DNA of 64,000 bases from a virus (IMGVR_UViG_3300014205_000188:40079-104078), one strand, 5' to 3'; shown: positions 29,501 through 38,846, counted from the first letter of the stretch. Notes: generated by a model not told the origin, from the letters alone. Numbers and translations are program-made.

Positions 29501-32500
29501 TCTGGGGCTACTTCCCCGAGGGTCTCCCAGCGGGGGCTTTTGACGGGGGGCTTTCTCCCGCTGTCAATGTGCCTTGTCTCATTGTCAGTCCTCTCCTGTT
29601 GAGTTCTCTCCCCATTGACCCGGAGACTGGATTCCCCGACGACTCTCAGTTTTTGTCCCAAGGTGGAGATTTGGGGGATGCCCTTGCAGGGGATCCTGAG
29701 TTGTCCGTTCCGGGTTTCCAGGTAGGGGATCAAGTTCTGTGGGGCAAGCCCGACGGATCTTTCTTGGGTGCCTTCACCACGATGGAGGATACAATCTGGG
29801 GGACGGTCACCAAGACCTCGGCCTTTGTCAACTCTGTGGTCTATGGCTGTGTGCTGACATTTCAAGATGCAGACGGTGTTTTGATCTCAGACCCCAACGA
29901 TCTGCTCGCCGTCGATCTTCCCGCTCACATGTACCCCTTGGAGAAAGGTGACACAGTACTGGCCATCTCACCTACCGGGGGTCGAATGACACAACCCTCG
30001 GCCTTGGCCACAATGCCCACCATTGAAACGATGCGGGATTCCGCCTTGCGCATGGAGTCTTACCGCTCTGGAGTGGACCTTGGGATTCGAGGGGACGGAA
30101 GCCTTGTGGACCGGTCTTTGCCGTCTTTGGCCGACCATCACTATTTCCCGCTGAAAGAGATGACGGGTCAGAATCCCCCTGACCCCATGTCGGCTCTGGA
30201 GGGTCCGGTGGAGTTTCTCTATCAGGATGTGAACCCTTATCGGTTCCCCGCCCTTTCTGGCGGTCTGGTAGATGACTCAGGGGACACTGCAATCCCCTAT
30301 CTGAGAATTGGAAACACTGAGATTGATCGCTTTGGCGAGATCACCGTCGGTGTAGCCGAGGCCATTCAGGCTCGCAGTGGTACCCCTCCCGACCTTGCCG
30401 TCTACCCGGATGAGATTCGGGGGTTGGATGGACTTCTTATCGGTGGGGCACTGACGACAGCTTCCGACTTCACCCCGGTTGCCAATGGGTCCACGGACCT
30501 GGGTGTGGGTGACGTTCGGCCCTACGATCTCCTCTTGGTGCAGACCCCTTACCCTGGCGTGGACCCTAGTTTCACGGGTCCCTCTGGCTTGATTCAGGGG
30601 CCACACGGCTTGCTTAGCGTGGGGAGTGTGACAACATCGACCGTGTCCCCTCCTCGGTTTATCACCCCTACTGCGGCCCCTCCCGGGGGCACCACTGACA
30701 CTGGGGATGGTGTTCGCTATCGGATGTCAAATGCCATTGTATATGCTGATGGCATATACCCAGTGGACCCACAAGCGGTACCGACTCCGGGTGTGATCCT
30801 CATTGAGGATCACAATGTGGGTCTGACCATTTTGGATCTCTCTGACGTGCCTCTCGCCCTTAATAATGGTGAGACTATCGGAGTTGGCAATCTGAATGAC
30901 ATCTACGCATCGGGTGTTCCTATTCAACTGAGAGTGATTGCACGTCCTGACCCGTCTATTCAGTATGGGCCCGCAGGGGCTAATCCTTTGCCCTCCCTCA
31001 CGGGTGGCGTTGAGATCCTTCGGATCCTGATCCGTAATGGTTCGGTCTACCTTTGGACCTATCAGGATGACCCCACGCTTGTACCCCCAGCCTCCATGGT
31101 GATGGGTTCAGCCCCTGTTTTTGGCACCCAGACGACTCCTGTTTTGCCTGTCCTGGATAACAGACAGATCCATCTGCCCATGATAGGGCTCCTCCCCTGG
31201 ACCCCAGGAGCCCCACCTTGGGGTTGGAGTCGAACCAACTGGTTCCTTCCCCATACTTTTGTGGGTGGTGTCTTCACATCCCTTTACGGGTTCGAGTTCC
31301 TAGTTGACCTGGATGCCCGGGGCTTTGACGCTTGGGCCCCAGCTCCTCCTGCATGGCACTCTGCCACAGCATGGCTGGACTCGGATCGCATCACCTTTCA
31401 TGAAATCTGTGACCTTAGGTACATGGGACTCAGGGGGGAGACTCATCCGCTCAACGCCAACCTGAGTCTAGAAACCACTTTGGTTGTTTCCGAAGTTCAG
31501 ACGGGGTTGACAGCAGCCACCAAGTACTGGTCCTCCGTCAATGCCAAGATAAATGGTTTGGTTGGTGTTGATCCTATCCCTTTGACTTTCTTGGCTCAGG
31601 GGACATGGGCTCCTCGAGTGGGTGCTTTGACGGAGCGTGGGTCCTTAGCTGTAGAGGCTTTTGAGGGCTGGGACAATGCCCCTATCTCCGGGGCTGACAT
31701 TGCTTTTTCTGCGGTGCCATCCTGCTCCTATGGCAAAGCCAGCACTCTGGAGATTTGCAAAGGTTCGGGACTAACGGGCAGTCGGGTCAGTTCCCTTTTG
31801 GTCGACACCACCCAGGTTGATAATCGTGTGACTGGTGTGGCTCTGACGGAGGGGGGCTTGGATCAGATAGTTTCTGGGGACTTGCTGATCATTGACGGTT
31901 CTACCCACACCACCTCTCCTGGCTCTCTTCACTGTGGCACATACCTCGTTCGTCATGCGATTGTTCCCAATGCGGGGAACAATCGTCTAGAGTCACCACA
32001 CTCACAATTAGGATTGGGTGGGTGGTGCTCAGTGCAATTCCCAACTGTGTTGGGGTACAACCTTGGAACCCACACCCTGACTACTTCTCACTTGGCTCCT
32101 GCCCCAGGTGGCCCCTTGGTGGGAACCATTCACTCCGGTTTTGCCCTCCCAGGGGTCAATACTCGTGTCTTCATTCTTTGTGACCCCACAAGCCTAGCCT
32201 CAACGGATGAGTCGAAATTTAGGCATGCCGTGATCAGCGGACTGTACACGTCGATCACTGAGTTCTCAGGTCAGGGATCCTTCGCACTTAGTGACTACAG
32301 GGATGCCTATGGGGACCCGATCACCGAGTCCCTGTTCCAGAGTTTGGCTCTGGTAGGTACCTCCGTTTCTGGCATGGTATTTCTACCCGTGCGGGTTTCC
32401 GGTTATGGGTTGCCCGAGAATAACTGTGTTGGTTTTGACGACGGTGTCAACTCGATTCATGGTTTCCAGCGCCTGACCATCACTCCTCCTGATTATCTGA

Positions 32501-34797
32501 GCCTTTTTGCCACCGGGTCCGATAATGCCTTGCCCCGGGTGTTCAAGGCATCGGGTCAAGCCGGTCTGTCTGACGGACTCCTGGATCGCATTTCCGGTGT
32601 GAACACACTGGTGCCCTTGGTTGAAGTCCCCGCTTTGGGACATCAGTTCCTGGCGGACCCCGCAACTCCTGTCTACCACCACGTTGTAACCTCCTTGAAT
32701 GTCACAAGTATGGGGGGCCTCAATTATGATGCTTTGAACGTGCCCTCTGGTTCTTTTGGGGGAGGGTTAGCCACTGGGGCACGGTGCCTCTTGCCCGGGA
32801 CAATGTTCCAGTTGGTGGGTCCCGATGGTGCCCTTGTGCTACAGCCCGGGTTTGCTGCCCAGGCTGGTGTGTTCCTTGAGCCGTCGATCCCAAGGACTTG
32901 TTTGAATCTGGATGAGACCTATGCTCGTGTCGTGGACGCGGGGCATAGTTTGCCAGACCCATCCCTAGCTCTTTCCGATTGGGACCGAGAGCTTTGGATG
33001 CGTGACGCTAGTGAGTATTGGCTTTCGGGGTCACTTCCTTCGGTTCCTGAAGAGGTCCTCTTCAGTGTTCGACGTATTCGTCGCTTCCATGATGTGGGTG
33101 CCTCGCCCACGGTTCTGAAGCCGCTGCGCTACGTCTATGAGATTCGTCGCGGTTTCCTGACGGACCGATCCACGATGCCCTCAGGTTGTGACTTGGTAAC
33201 GGCTTCCAACTACACCATGGATTGGGAGACGACCAAACCAGGAGGAGCACCCAAGGCTTCGGATGTGTGGTCTGATGGCTCCCTTTGTGCTGGCACCAAT
33301 CTAGGTCCCTTCACCAGTGCCGACGTGTCCATCCACCCAGGGGACCTATTCCGTTTGCTGGACCCACAGGGTGACGTGTTGGAGGAGGTGCCGATTGTTA
33401 CGGTCCTTTCCGAGACCCAACTCATTTTGGCTCCCCCTGGCTTGACCCTGTTTTCCTCTGCTAACTCTCGGTTTGAGATTTGGCTGCGCAGAGCGCCCGT
33501 GCCTCACGAGCAAACTGCGGAACAACTTCTGCAGTTGGTTACGACTCATGAGGTCACCCGCACTGAAGCCACTTGGGGTGACCCGGTGGAGAAAGGAGGA
33601 TACGTACCCGAGGTTGGTGGTGTCCTAACCTATGAGGATGTGGTCAACAAGCTCTATGATGATCTTCGGGCTGCCGGATCAGGCAACACGTTCTCTGCCT
33701 TGGGTGTGAGGAAAGGTGACCTAGTGGTCATCGACCCCTTGGGCCGTGTTCCGAGGCAAAAGGGCTTACCCAGCATCCAGGAACTTAGTGCTCGTCCTTT
33801 CGGAGACGAGGCCGTGTTGGGTCGTGTGGACTTTTCCGCAACCTCCGTTTTTACCCCAGGAGCCCCAAGTCCTTTGGACGATAATCGTGGGTTCTACCGT
33901 GTGCAGAAGGTGGAGGACACAGGAACTGATCCCTACCTGCTTCTTAATCCGGTCACTGAGTTCACTGGCACTGCGGATGCTCCCGTGATTTTCGACTCTA
34001 CAGACTTGGAGAGAGCTTACTCCGTGTACCCCACGGTTTCGGGTAGCCTTCTGACTACTTTGGGTGTGGAGGGTCAGATGGACCTTCGACCGACCCGACC
34101 TCGGAATCCTATCACTGGGGGTTTCAAGGTTCAGCCCGACGGTTTGAATCTGCACTCACTCCGCCCATTCTCTTACCGGATCTATCGGCCATCAGGGTTT
34201 TTTGAACCCGAGACCGTGGATTTGGTTTTGAGTACTCGAGAGCGAGTCAAGTCGTTGATCGAGTTGATCAACAGGGTGGGCCAAAACAAGGGAGGCTCAT
34301 ACTTCGTTTTTCAGAGGGATCAACATCTTTTGGACTTGGGAACACCCTCAGATCCTGAATCTGGATCTGGGTTGGCGTCTAATGCGTTTCTACGGACTTT
34401 GATTGGCCCCGTGGAAACCATGCCTTATGCCAATAGCTCCTCGTGCCTCTCACTCCTTGACCGCAGGTTCTGGATTCTGGATACCCAACTAGACTCCCTG
34501 ACCTATGCCGCTGCTTCCGGTGTTGGGATGCGAAGGGCACTTCCAGGAGACCCCACGTACACGGAGTTCAATACGACTCAAGGGGAGAAAGTACGACCCG
34601 TGCTTCCTGATCTGGTGGACTCCGTTTTGGAGCAGACCGAGAAATTGCGGGATCTTCGCTACACTTGGTTGTCCTACCGAACCCACAAAATGCTTGGCTC
34701 ATTGGCGGCAATCTCACGGTACGATGCAGAGTTATCAGCCCAATCTGGTGTTGAGACACAATACCTCCTTCGGAAGAAGTCGCTGGAGACGTCATGA
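23572..34797 (+). CDS. Giant (about 3740 aa) putative virion/baseplate protein
   Basis: 11.2-kb uninterrupted ORF, Gly/Pro/Ser/Thr/Val-rich with beta-type composition. Coupled at both ends inside the baseplate operon. Confidence 0.8.
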   Translation: MDPSFSGHVLRGTTLAPSNAPTTGEPETGVLRGLETVPSAFLYATEAPDFVDVDAERYRAGVLEAPGTTPVEYLVWAQNSASLAWVENPDWWLEDGTATFVPGSLNVTHAITGDVLTDGSTRCTVLDGGVRSLGSVLALVIARGDVEYDDNGWKNPEVVDPSLSPGGEPRKGDLPFLTLVVLPENTNLVSGQVFLTDSQLASLGGGFSPLRGDQVVTVRYTLAPSKFWWTRNDRYETRFGWNGVTRRWGPYKGSTPTLLGLVQENQTWTLNPPPKSLPVGSYLPGDSLFPDRYSMLRVGLTPGANSVPLDSVRVKSDAEVESFDFTLDPSALAVVGQASGKLVLSPSFLTGHLGQALWFSPKSFSPDSKGDLGLMLGADTTPLYLCPVPGPTDHPMLHFGNRAPLTPVLLATDLALDSLVAVLPGTVAISMSTGKLRFCPEDLYRADPARPTFSKHFLGERVYFRGTALNAQPQPTRAPVRLLDESGDPGVATSSELYIPDGYTLAREFLSLDPRRGLGVSGVLDLPDGTGTVPNSPGTEASLRPGGDTVGAQNLGRVRSVLAPFGDSFLFTRGGALEALDLVLLAKNLPSSRKIKGGRASVAQEKSTFGSKAVIGRADRKKFGAQAVYFLQAALTPALYTETPVLYSRVRDLFRFSGTEVFHFALDGVAYQWSASALDQSVPYFTAEEVASSLQTSTVPALPGGSCSGLGGRVGLHGITSVEIGYGLGGTLDLSGCASLGFLPGWRAESGVPNWLPDSGVSLGLHRSPLNLDRSSAIPDFKAVDRVTDLVLQENVTSMPFVFLDQAPLQDVAGFDVDVFFYLRSLTVDGDEVSYQQKPLEHYQDIVHRFADRKFDWVEWLSNDVTLGQKTSTLNLGGPNLVPESYAVGGGLSVAEMGGYLQDAGVNEYILPQQGVPGIATLVTRYGASVASGSRGQVTGSSVFSDPDAHFLASGVQAGFKLQLKSGDPAGFYRVEEVLGETQVRVAPEMLSSSVPLTWELYTGFPASVFDPSLVADVQYKPFQHLLTDPFTVRVLHPMGVVLASMTDRPHADLTEALILGRDLELRFGLVHQSGATVTPLAEAHELGGLANDVLVLEDSTRVDQGSFALQIGTEVFSGSELVGVSNFSPVVIGVEYLTQSWLGLPKGTLRFSSGILSSLSGASVFYRELFRDPSALTLTEAEIDSGGYLNLSSVAMTTYAGQSLYVAERLVTENHRDVHTSPQSGSFSPNAPLKRGSIMEVEYWRADLEGRRIGDKVVEFLPVRVRKETATRTSANVYQFNSTAQTVVSSSDPDVWVGTLLQNFGRTDFLIDYPSGWGGKGRITFTGKLVDATSPVSVSYSVLEAQGGERSYAVSQQNVYSPPFYVKASQSRFGLRGNRTADFVSGQLLRIGEDCFYVKGLRYFPASGTGGDVTEVSFYPPTTTEVGSRSPGNDVLTLITDRPLTPVVDPDGLAPLNTTADAGLMSTLDINLFPFENVARGQKTIQFKGDLLAFALPGHILELGGCPYTVASSGLTPDGTGTWVTVTGSFGRAFDVLTSPTLRLSYRPVYPPSTRDFMGVGPVLTTEPVFLILFGDTQNGVEIPGRLLVPGVDYSLAWDSGALSLLSPSRAPLSEGQSLVLLYTQTRAMQPQMRGGVLVNPRFHSEFLAGTSPSGDNGRLGATLSATYTFASPDSFYFRAVKLSQFMGEVAQEATQEITAQRPAGSFNTSISGTQNWKQGVLGPKARRQHLHDVDRVARSFLSFYNDATSAFEQVQETISGGFVGDRDGKFRFWVGRDANYPTPGYEDAITGVLNPRFVWSDVMNADRSVPLFVGPEDWVVSPKSAKLVDSELEGTFLDPSKLATLISSQQKLVRNDVDDQVLLRLGKATPRRIPQMPYFEFRAQGVTGCMSDQHGLSRLFPTQTKAFFRTLPGAGAQLESGGAFSPGVYTSGREIAGQWARTTGQQIGQLSNPAMGPIENVSSANLTARRARARIWGYFPEGLPAGAFDGGLSPAVNVPCLIVSPLLLSSLPIDPETGFPDDSQFLSQGGDLGDALAGDPELSVPGFQVGDQVLWGKPDGSFLGAFTTMEDTIWGTVTKTSAFVNSVVYGCVLTFQDADGVLISDPNDLLAVDLPAHMYPLEKGDTVLAISPTGGRMTQPSALATMPTIETMRDSALRMESYRSGVDLGIRGDGSLVDRSLPSLADHHYFPLKEMTGQNPPDPMSALEGPVEFLYQDVNPYRFPALSGGLVDDSGDTAIPYLRIGNTEIDRFGEITVGVAEAIQARSGTPPDLAVYPDEIRGLDGLLIGGALTTASDFTPVANGSTDLGVGDVRPYDLLLVQTPYPGVDPSFTGPSGLIQGPHGLLSVGSVTTSTVSPPRFITPTAAPPGGTTDTGDGVRYRMSNAIVYADGIYPVDPQAVPTPGVILIEDHNVGLTILDLSDVPLALNNGETIGVGNLNDIYASGVPIQLRVIARPDPSIQYGPAGANPLPSLTGGVEILRILIRNGSVYLWTYQDDPTLVPPASMVMGSAPVFGTQTTPVLPVLDNRQIHLPMIGLLPWTPGAPPWGWSRTNWFLPHTFVGGVFTSLYGFEFLVDLDARGFDAWAPAPPAWHSATAWLDSDRITFHEICDLRYMGLRGETHPLNANLSLETTLVVSEVQTGLTAATKYWSSVNAKINGLVGVDPIPLTFLAQGTWAPRVGALTERGSLAVEAFEGWDNAPISGADIAFSAVPSCSYGKASTLEICKGSGLTGSRVSSLLVDTTQVDNRVTGVALTEGGLDQIVSGDLLIIDGSTHTTSPGSLHCGTYLVRHAIVPNAGNNRLESPHSQLGLGGWCSVQFPTVLGYNLGTHTLTTSHLAPAPGGPLVGTIHSGFALPGVNTRVFILCDPTSLASTDESKFRHAVISGLYTSITEFSGQGSFALSDYRDAYGDPITESLFQSLALVGTSVSGMVFLPVRVSGYGLPENNCVGFDDGVNSIHGFQRLTITPPDYLSLFATGSDNALPRVFKASGQAGLSDGLLDRISGVNTLVPLVEVPALGHQFLADPATPVYHHVVTSLNVTSMGGLNYDALNVPSGSFGGGLATGARCLLPGTMFQLVGPDGALVLQPGFAAQAGVFLEPSIPRTCLNLDETYARVVDAGHSLPDPSLALSDWDRELWMRDASEYWLSGSLPSVPEEVLFSVRRIRRFHDVGASPTVLKPLRYVYEIRRGFLTDRSTMPSGCDLVTASNYTMDWETTKPGGAPKASDVWSDGSLCAGTNLGPFTSADVSIHPGDLFRLLDPQGDVLEEVPIVTVLSETQLILAPPGLTLFSSANSRFEIWLRRAPVPHEQTAEQLLQLVTTHEVTRTEATWGDPVEKGGYVPEVGGVLTYEDVVNKLYDDLRAAGSGNTFSALGVRKGDLVVIDPLGRVPRQKGLPSIQELSARPFGDEAVLGRVDFSATSVFTPGAPSPLDDNRGFYRVQKVEDTGTDPYLLLNPVTEFTGTADAPVIFDSTDLERAYSVYPTVSGSLLTTLGVEGQMDLRPTRPRNPITGGFKVQPDGLNLHSLRPFSYRIYRPSGFFEPETVDLVLSTRERVKSLIELINRVGQNKGGSYFVFQRDQHLLDLGTPSDPESGSGLASNAFLRTLIGPVETMPYANSSSCLSLLDRRFWILDTQLDSLTYAAASGVGMRRALPGDPTYTEFNTTQGEKVRPVLPDLVDSVLEQTEKLRDLRYTWLSYRTHKMLGSLAAISRYDAELSAQSGVETQYLLRKKSLETS

Positions 34798-35009
34798 CCT
34801 CCGACCCCAAACAAATTCTGGTTGACTTGGACATCCCGGAGGGGACGTGGGTTGATGTTGGTGGTCAACAAGTGCCCCTGTCAGATAAGTCGTTAGCACT
34901 TCTTCATCAGATCAGGGCGCTACTTGAGGTACAGCAAAAAACGTATCAAGATGAATTGGTGCGACTGAAAGAACGATTGTCCCGGGTGACGATGGGTGGA
35001 GGCTCCTGA
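34794..35009 (+). CDS. Small coiled-coil protein
   Basis: 71 aa, ATGA and TGATG coupling on both sides, heptad-like C-terminal half. Confidence 0.75.
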   Translation: MTSDPKQILVDLDIPEGTWVDVGGQQVPLSDKSLALLHQIRALLEVQQKTYQDELVRLKERLSRVTMGGGS

Positions 35010-37888
35010 TGTCAAACTCTTGGGGCACCATCTCCTTTGAAGTTCCTGAGCTTCTTACTCAAGCCACCGGATCGATTACATCGGCATCTGAGTGGCTTTT
35101 TTCGGTTCTTGACGTGGCTATCCAGGCTCTGGAGTTCACCAAGTCTTTTGTTCCCGGCTCTTTGGACCCTGCGGCCCCTTTGATGCAAACCGTGGTGGAT
35201 GAGCTGAAGGGTCTTCTACAGGACCTTCAGAAACTGGGTTTGTACTTGACGGGTGACTGGGGGCTCCTTTCCGAGCCTGAGAGTCTGATTGGAGGCTATC
35301 AAGAGTACGAGCGGCGGATGATTGCCAAACTCATGGACAGGACCGATAGGACTCGTCCTGACATCTCCAATGCATCCTCCGTTTTGGGTTTCTTTTTCTA
35401 CACCTCTGTGGATCTGACCTCTTGGCATGTGTTGGTAAAGACGGTTACGGGTTTGCTGGACTATTTTCAGCAACGCCCGGTGTTGAAAAGCACCATTCCC
35501 ATTCCCGAAATCACACAGATCTTGTATGGGGCCAAGGCGGCCTCGGTGCTCGACTATGGCAGTCTGGGTGAAACACCGTCTGGGCAAGTGCCCGATGCCG
35601 CTCGAGTACACTGGAAGGTGGCGACACCTTTGCGGAGGGACCCCTACCTTCCAGACTTGTCAGGACCTCCTGGTGGGTTCCTTGTCACCGTTTCCACGTT
35701 GGCCAATGGGATTCAGGTGTGGTACGATCGACCACAGTCCAATCAGACGAAAAAGCCGGTGGAGGGGAAGGACGTTCCGGCTCAACCCAGGGAGTATGGT
35801 CAGGTCTTGATCTTCCCCGGGGGGGATCCGTTGGTCCTTCATGGTGGGGCCGAGATGTTGGCCGGTGTGCCCGCCGAATTGGGTTACAACTCTGGGGTGA
35901 AAAACGGAGTCCTTCAGGATGGGTACTCCCGTGTGTTCGGCCGTGTCGATGGGCAAAAATTGCCCATCCCGTTGGAGCAACTTCAACAGGGGGCCTTGTT
36001 TCTCCTGCAACGGACTTTCTTTGTCACCACCTCCACTGTGAAAAGAGCCTGGGTGACAGGTGACTACTCCGTGATGCTGCGGGGCATAGAGATGCCACAT
36101 GCCGCTCATGTGGAGGAGCAAACGGATGGCACATTGTCACTAATGGATGATGGACCAGCAGACCTGTTCTACGTGCGCATCGCCACCTGTGACAAGGCAA
36201 TCTCCGACGGCGGTGTTTTTCAATACCAGTTCCTGCCCAGTCTCAAAAGCATTACAGGGCAACCACTGGAAGTGATTGCTGGTGGTGACCCCAGCGGGGC
36301 TTCCTCCGTTGGAGCTTTTTGTTCTCCTCGTCAGGTTTCCTTCCCCAATCTGAACACTCAGGATTACCTGTCCGCTTTGCAAACTGCTTTGCTGGTTTTG
36401 GTGCTATCCCGTCCAGACCTCAAACCACTGGACATGCTGAAGGGTTCTATGCCTCTTCAGACATGGGAAAACGTACAAGCCAACAAGATTATCACTCAGG
36501 GTGTGGCTCTGGTTCGTTCGGGGTTGGAGGGTGCCAAACAACTGGTTGACGTCGTTTATGACAAGGACATCACCTATCAGGTAGCCATGTCTTTGCTAGA
36601 CACGAATCCAGCTGCTTTTCGTCGGGATCTCATGAGTCGAATCCAACGAGCGGTACATGACCTGTACTCCCGAACAGGTCCCAATCCCACGATTGAAGCC
36701 TTCGTTGTGCAACAGACCAAGTTTCTTCGACAAGCGACTTGGCGAACGATTCTCAAGGCGGTTCATCCAAGCTACGTCTCTGCTTGGGAGGGGTCCCTAC
36801 TCCCCACAGAATTGCTCGATACCACCCTGTGGGGGTCACTCCAGAATGGTTCTTTGACCGCGGGACTTGCGAGAAACCCAGTTAACGCTGTGGGCAATGA
36901 AAACTTGGCCCGTGAGGTGATGTCCAACTCTCAGATAACGGAAGATCGTTTGCCACAGATGCAAGAGGGAGTCTTGGACCAAACTGTGGGTAAGTGGTCG
37001 AGCTACGTTCGTTCCGAGGTTCCCGCTACAGAGGTGGACACTTTCTTGTCCTCTTGTCCTCGGGGTCTACGTCAGATCTATGAGAAAGCGATAGACCCTG
37101 AGACGGGATCTATCCTAGTGCCCCCCAGTTGGAATGCCGTTCTGGACGAGGCCGAGAAAGAGGGTCGCGTGGCCGGATCGGCCGACTTGTCCCCAGTTTT
37201 TTTCTTTGGGTCAGGCCAAGCAGTGCCGACAAAAGTCATGTACTGCAGAAGTCTTTTTGCCAAGTCTGACTCTCAAACCCTTGTGCTTGAGTCCCAAGGT
37301 GGATTGTACGAGCAGGCATCTTTGACTCTGCGTGTGGCCGCAGCGACCGTGCGTAGGACTAATCCTTCAGGTGAGTGGTCCTACGTGCGTTGGTTGGACA
37401 CGGTTCCGGGTGTTGAGGACTATCTCTCGACAGCGGTGAATTGGGCCGAGTCTTTGCAACAGTCCCAGAAAACTCTGGTGGACACCATGACCCAATACAT
37501 TGAATTTTTGGAGGCACGTCTGGTGAGTCTGCAGCAGTTCATTGCCAGGATCAATTCGTTGCTGCAATCCGTTTTGGGCTACACTTTTCAGATCCCTAAG
37601 TGCTCCGCCTTGGTTACGGTATCCCGAGGAACCGCTGGTGTTCTTGCGGACCTGATCTCCGCTGAGAACAAACCAGCATCATCCCCACTGTCCTATGCTG
37701 GTGGGGCCTCGCTTGTGATGCCCTTCGCCCCTAATTCTGCCCTGTTGGATTTGATCACCGCTTTTTGGAAGGCTGAGTCAGGACCTCCGATGCCATCTGC
37801 CACGTTGGGTCAAGACCCAACAACGATACCGGGTGTGAACGGTATCCCAGAAGTCGTACCTGATCCTGACGAGCCCGATGTGTTGTAG
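35009..37888 (+). CDS. Hypothetical structural protein with amphipathic helical domains at both ends
   Basis: 959 aa ORF in the operon, GGAGG upstream. Confidence 0.75.
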   Translation: MSNSWGTISFEVPELLTQATGSITSASEWLFSVLDVAIQALEFTKSFVPGSLDPAAPLMQTVVDELKGLLQDLQKLGLYLTGDWGLLSEPESLIGGYQEYERRMIAKLMDRTDRTRPDISNASSVLGFFFYTSVDLTSWHVLVKTVTGLLDYFQQRPVLKSTIPIPEITQILYGAKAASVLDYGSLGETPSGQVPDAARVHWKVATPLRRDPYLPDLSGPPGGFLVTVSTLANGIQVWYDRPQSNQTKKPVEGKDVPAQPREYGQVLIFPGGDPLVLHGGAEMLAGVPAELGYNSGVKNGVLQDGYSRVFGRVDGQKLPIPLEQLQQGALFLLQRTFFVTTSTVKRAWVTGDYSVMLRGIEMPHAAHVEEQTDGTLSLMDDGPADLFYVRIATCDKAISDGGVFQYQFLPSLKSITGQPLEVIAGGDPSGASSVGAFCSPRQVSFPNLNTQDYLSALQTALLVLVLSRPDLKPLDMLKGSMPLQTWENVQANKIITQGVALVRSGLEGAKQLVDVVYDKDITYQVAMSLLDTNPAAFRRDLMSRIQRAVHDLYSRTGPNPTIEAFVVQQTKFLRQATWRTILKAVHPSYVSAWEGSLLPTELLDTTLWGSLQNGSLTAGLARNPVNAVGNENLAREVMSNSQITEDRLPQMQEGVLDQTVGKWSSYVRSEVPATEVDTFLSSCPRGLRQIYEKAIDPETGSILVPPSWNAVLDEAEKEGRVAGSADLSPVFFFGSGQAVPTKVMYCRSLFAKSDSQTLVLESQGGLYEQASLTLRVAAATVRRTNPSGEWSYVRWLDTVPGVEDYLSTAVNWAESLQQSQKTLVDTMTQYIEFLEARLVSLQQFIARINSLLQSVLGYTFQIPKCSALVTVSRGTAGVLADLISAENKPASSPLSYAGGASLVMPFAPNSALLDLITAFWKAESGPPMPSATLGQDPTTIPGVNGIPEVVPDPDEPDVL

Positions 37889-37897
37889 GAGGAAGTC

Positions 37898-38785
37898 ATG
37901 GCCTCTTTTTCAAAGCTTGGTGTATGGCCAGTTGGCTATTTCAGGGCCTACTCTAGTTGGTTGCTTCGATCCCGTCGGGATGTAACACGTAGGATTCAGG
38001 TCCTGAATGCTGAGATTGAAAGAATCGGCATTGTCAAGGTTGAGTATCAAGCCCTTGAGACGCCCGACGGAGGGGTGACACGGACGGAGCAACGGACGGG
38101 TCTGTATGTGACGCCCAACTCCAATGTTGGCCGTTTGATGCAAGCGTATGTAGCTCTAGGTGGAGATCCACTGAACATCTCTCCCTTCACCTACCCCGAG
38201 CAAGCAACCATGACCCAAAACTATGAGGATACTCCTGCTGTACAGCAGCAGGAGTATCCGGGGAATGGTGTTGTTGCTCCCCAGTCCGCTGCCCCTAATG
38301 AGCCCGTGACATCTGATCAGGAACCAGGTTTTGGTCCCTTTCAAGGTGGCTTCCTTCAAACTTCAGTTTACTACCCTGCCCGTCAAGGTGGGCGCATCAG
38401 TCCCGGGGCCTATGACCATGACGGGGTGGTCAAGACGATGCAGCGGATCAGAGGTTGGGCCGACCAAGAAATCAAAGAGCTGCAGGATTTGGAGTGGCGG
38501 ATCATCAAGCAGTGTGACTTGAGGGAGCAGTTGGTACAAGAAAGGGATGAGGTGTTGGTGCAAGCCTTTGGCGGTGCCCTACAAGGGGTGGGTCCCTTTG
38601 ACGCTGCTTATTTTGACAGTAGCATGCTGGTACAGAATCTGGTACAGGAGATGTATCAGATTCTGTATGAGACCGATGATACGGGTAGGGTCACTTCATA
38701 TTCCGCAAATCGGCAGACGGTTGCTTTGCACTTCACGTTCCCAGATGACCCCACAGAGATTGCTCGCGAAATGTTAGGGTGCTGA
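37898..38785 (+). CDS. Hypothetical coiled-coil-containing protein
   Basis: 295 aa, AGGAGG Shine-Dalgarno. Confidence 0.75.
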   Translation: MASFSKLGVWPVGYFRAYSSWLLRSRRDVTRRIQVLNAEIERIGIVKVEYQALETPDGGVTRTEQRTGLYVTPNSNVGRLMQAYVALGGDPLNISPFTYPEQATMTQNYEDTPAVQQQEYPGNGVVAPQSAAPNEPVTSDQEPGFGPFQGGFLQTSVYYPARQGGRISPGAYDHDGVVKTMQRIRGWADQEIKELQDLEWRIIKQCDLREQLVQERDEVLVQAFGGALQGVGPFDAAYFDSSMLVQNLVQEMYQILYETDDTGRVTSYSANRQTVALHFTFPDDPTEIAREMLGC

Positions 38786-38794
38786 GAGGTCCTG

Positions 38795-38811
38795 CGGTGT
38801 CCCTTCTATAG
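38795..38811 (+). promoter_or_regulatory. Candidate late promoter motif CGGT-N8-TATAG
   Basis: CGGT gtcccttc TATAG in the gap before the gp25-like gene. Confidence 0.6.
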
Positions 38812-38846
38812 CCCAAACCCCATGACGGGATACGGACCGGAGGAAC

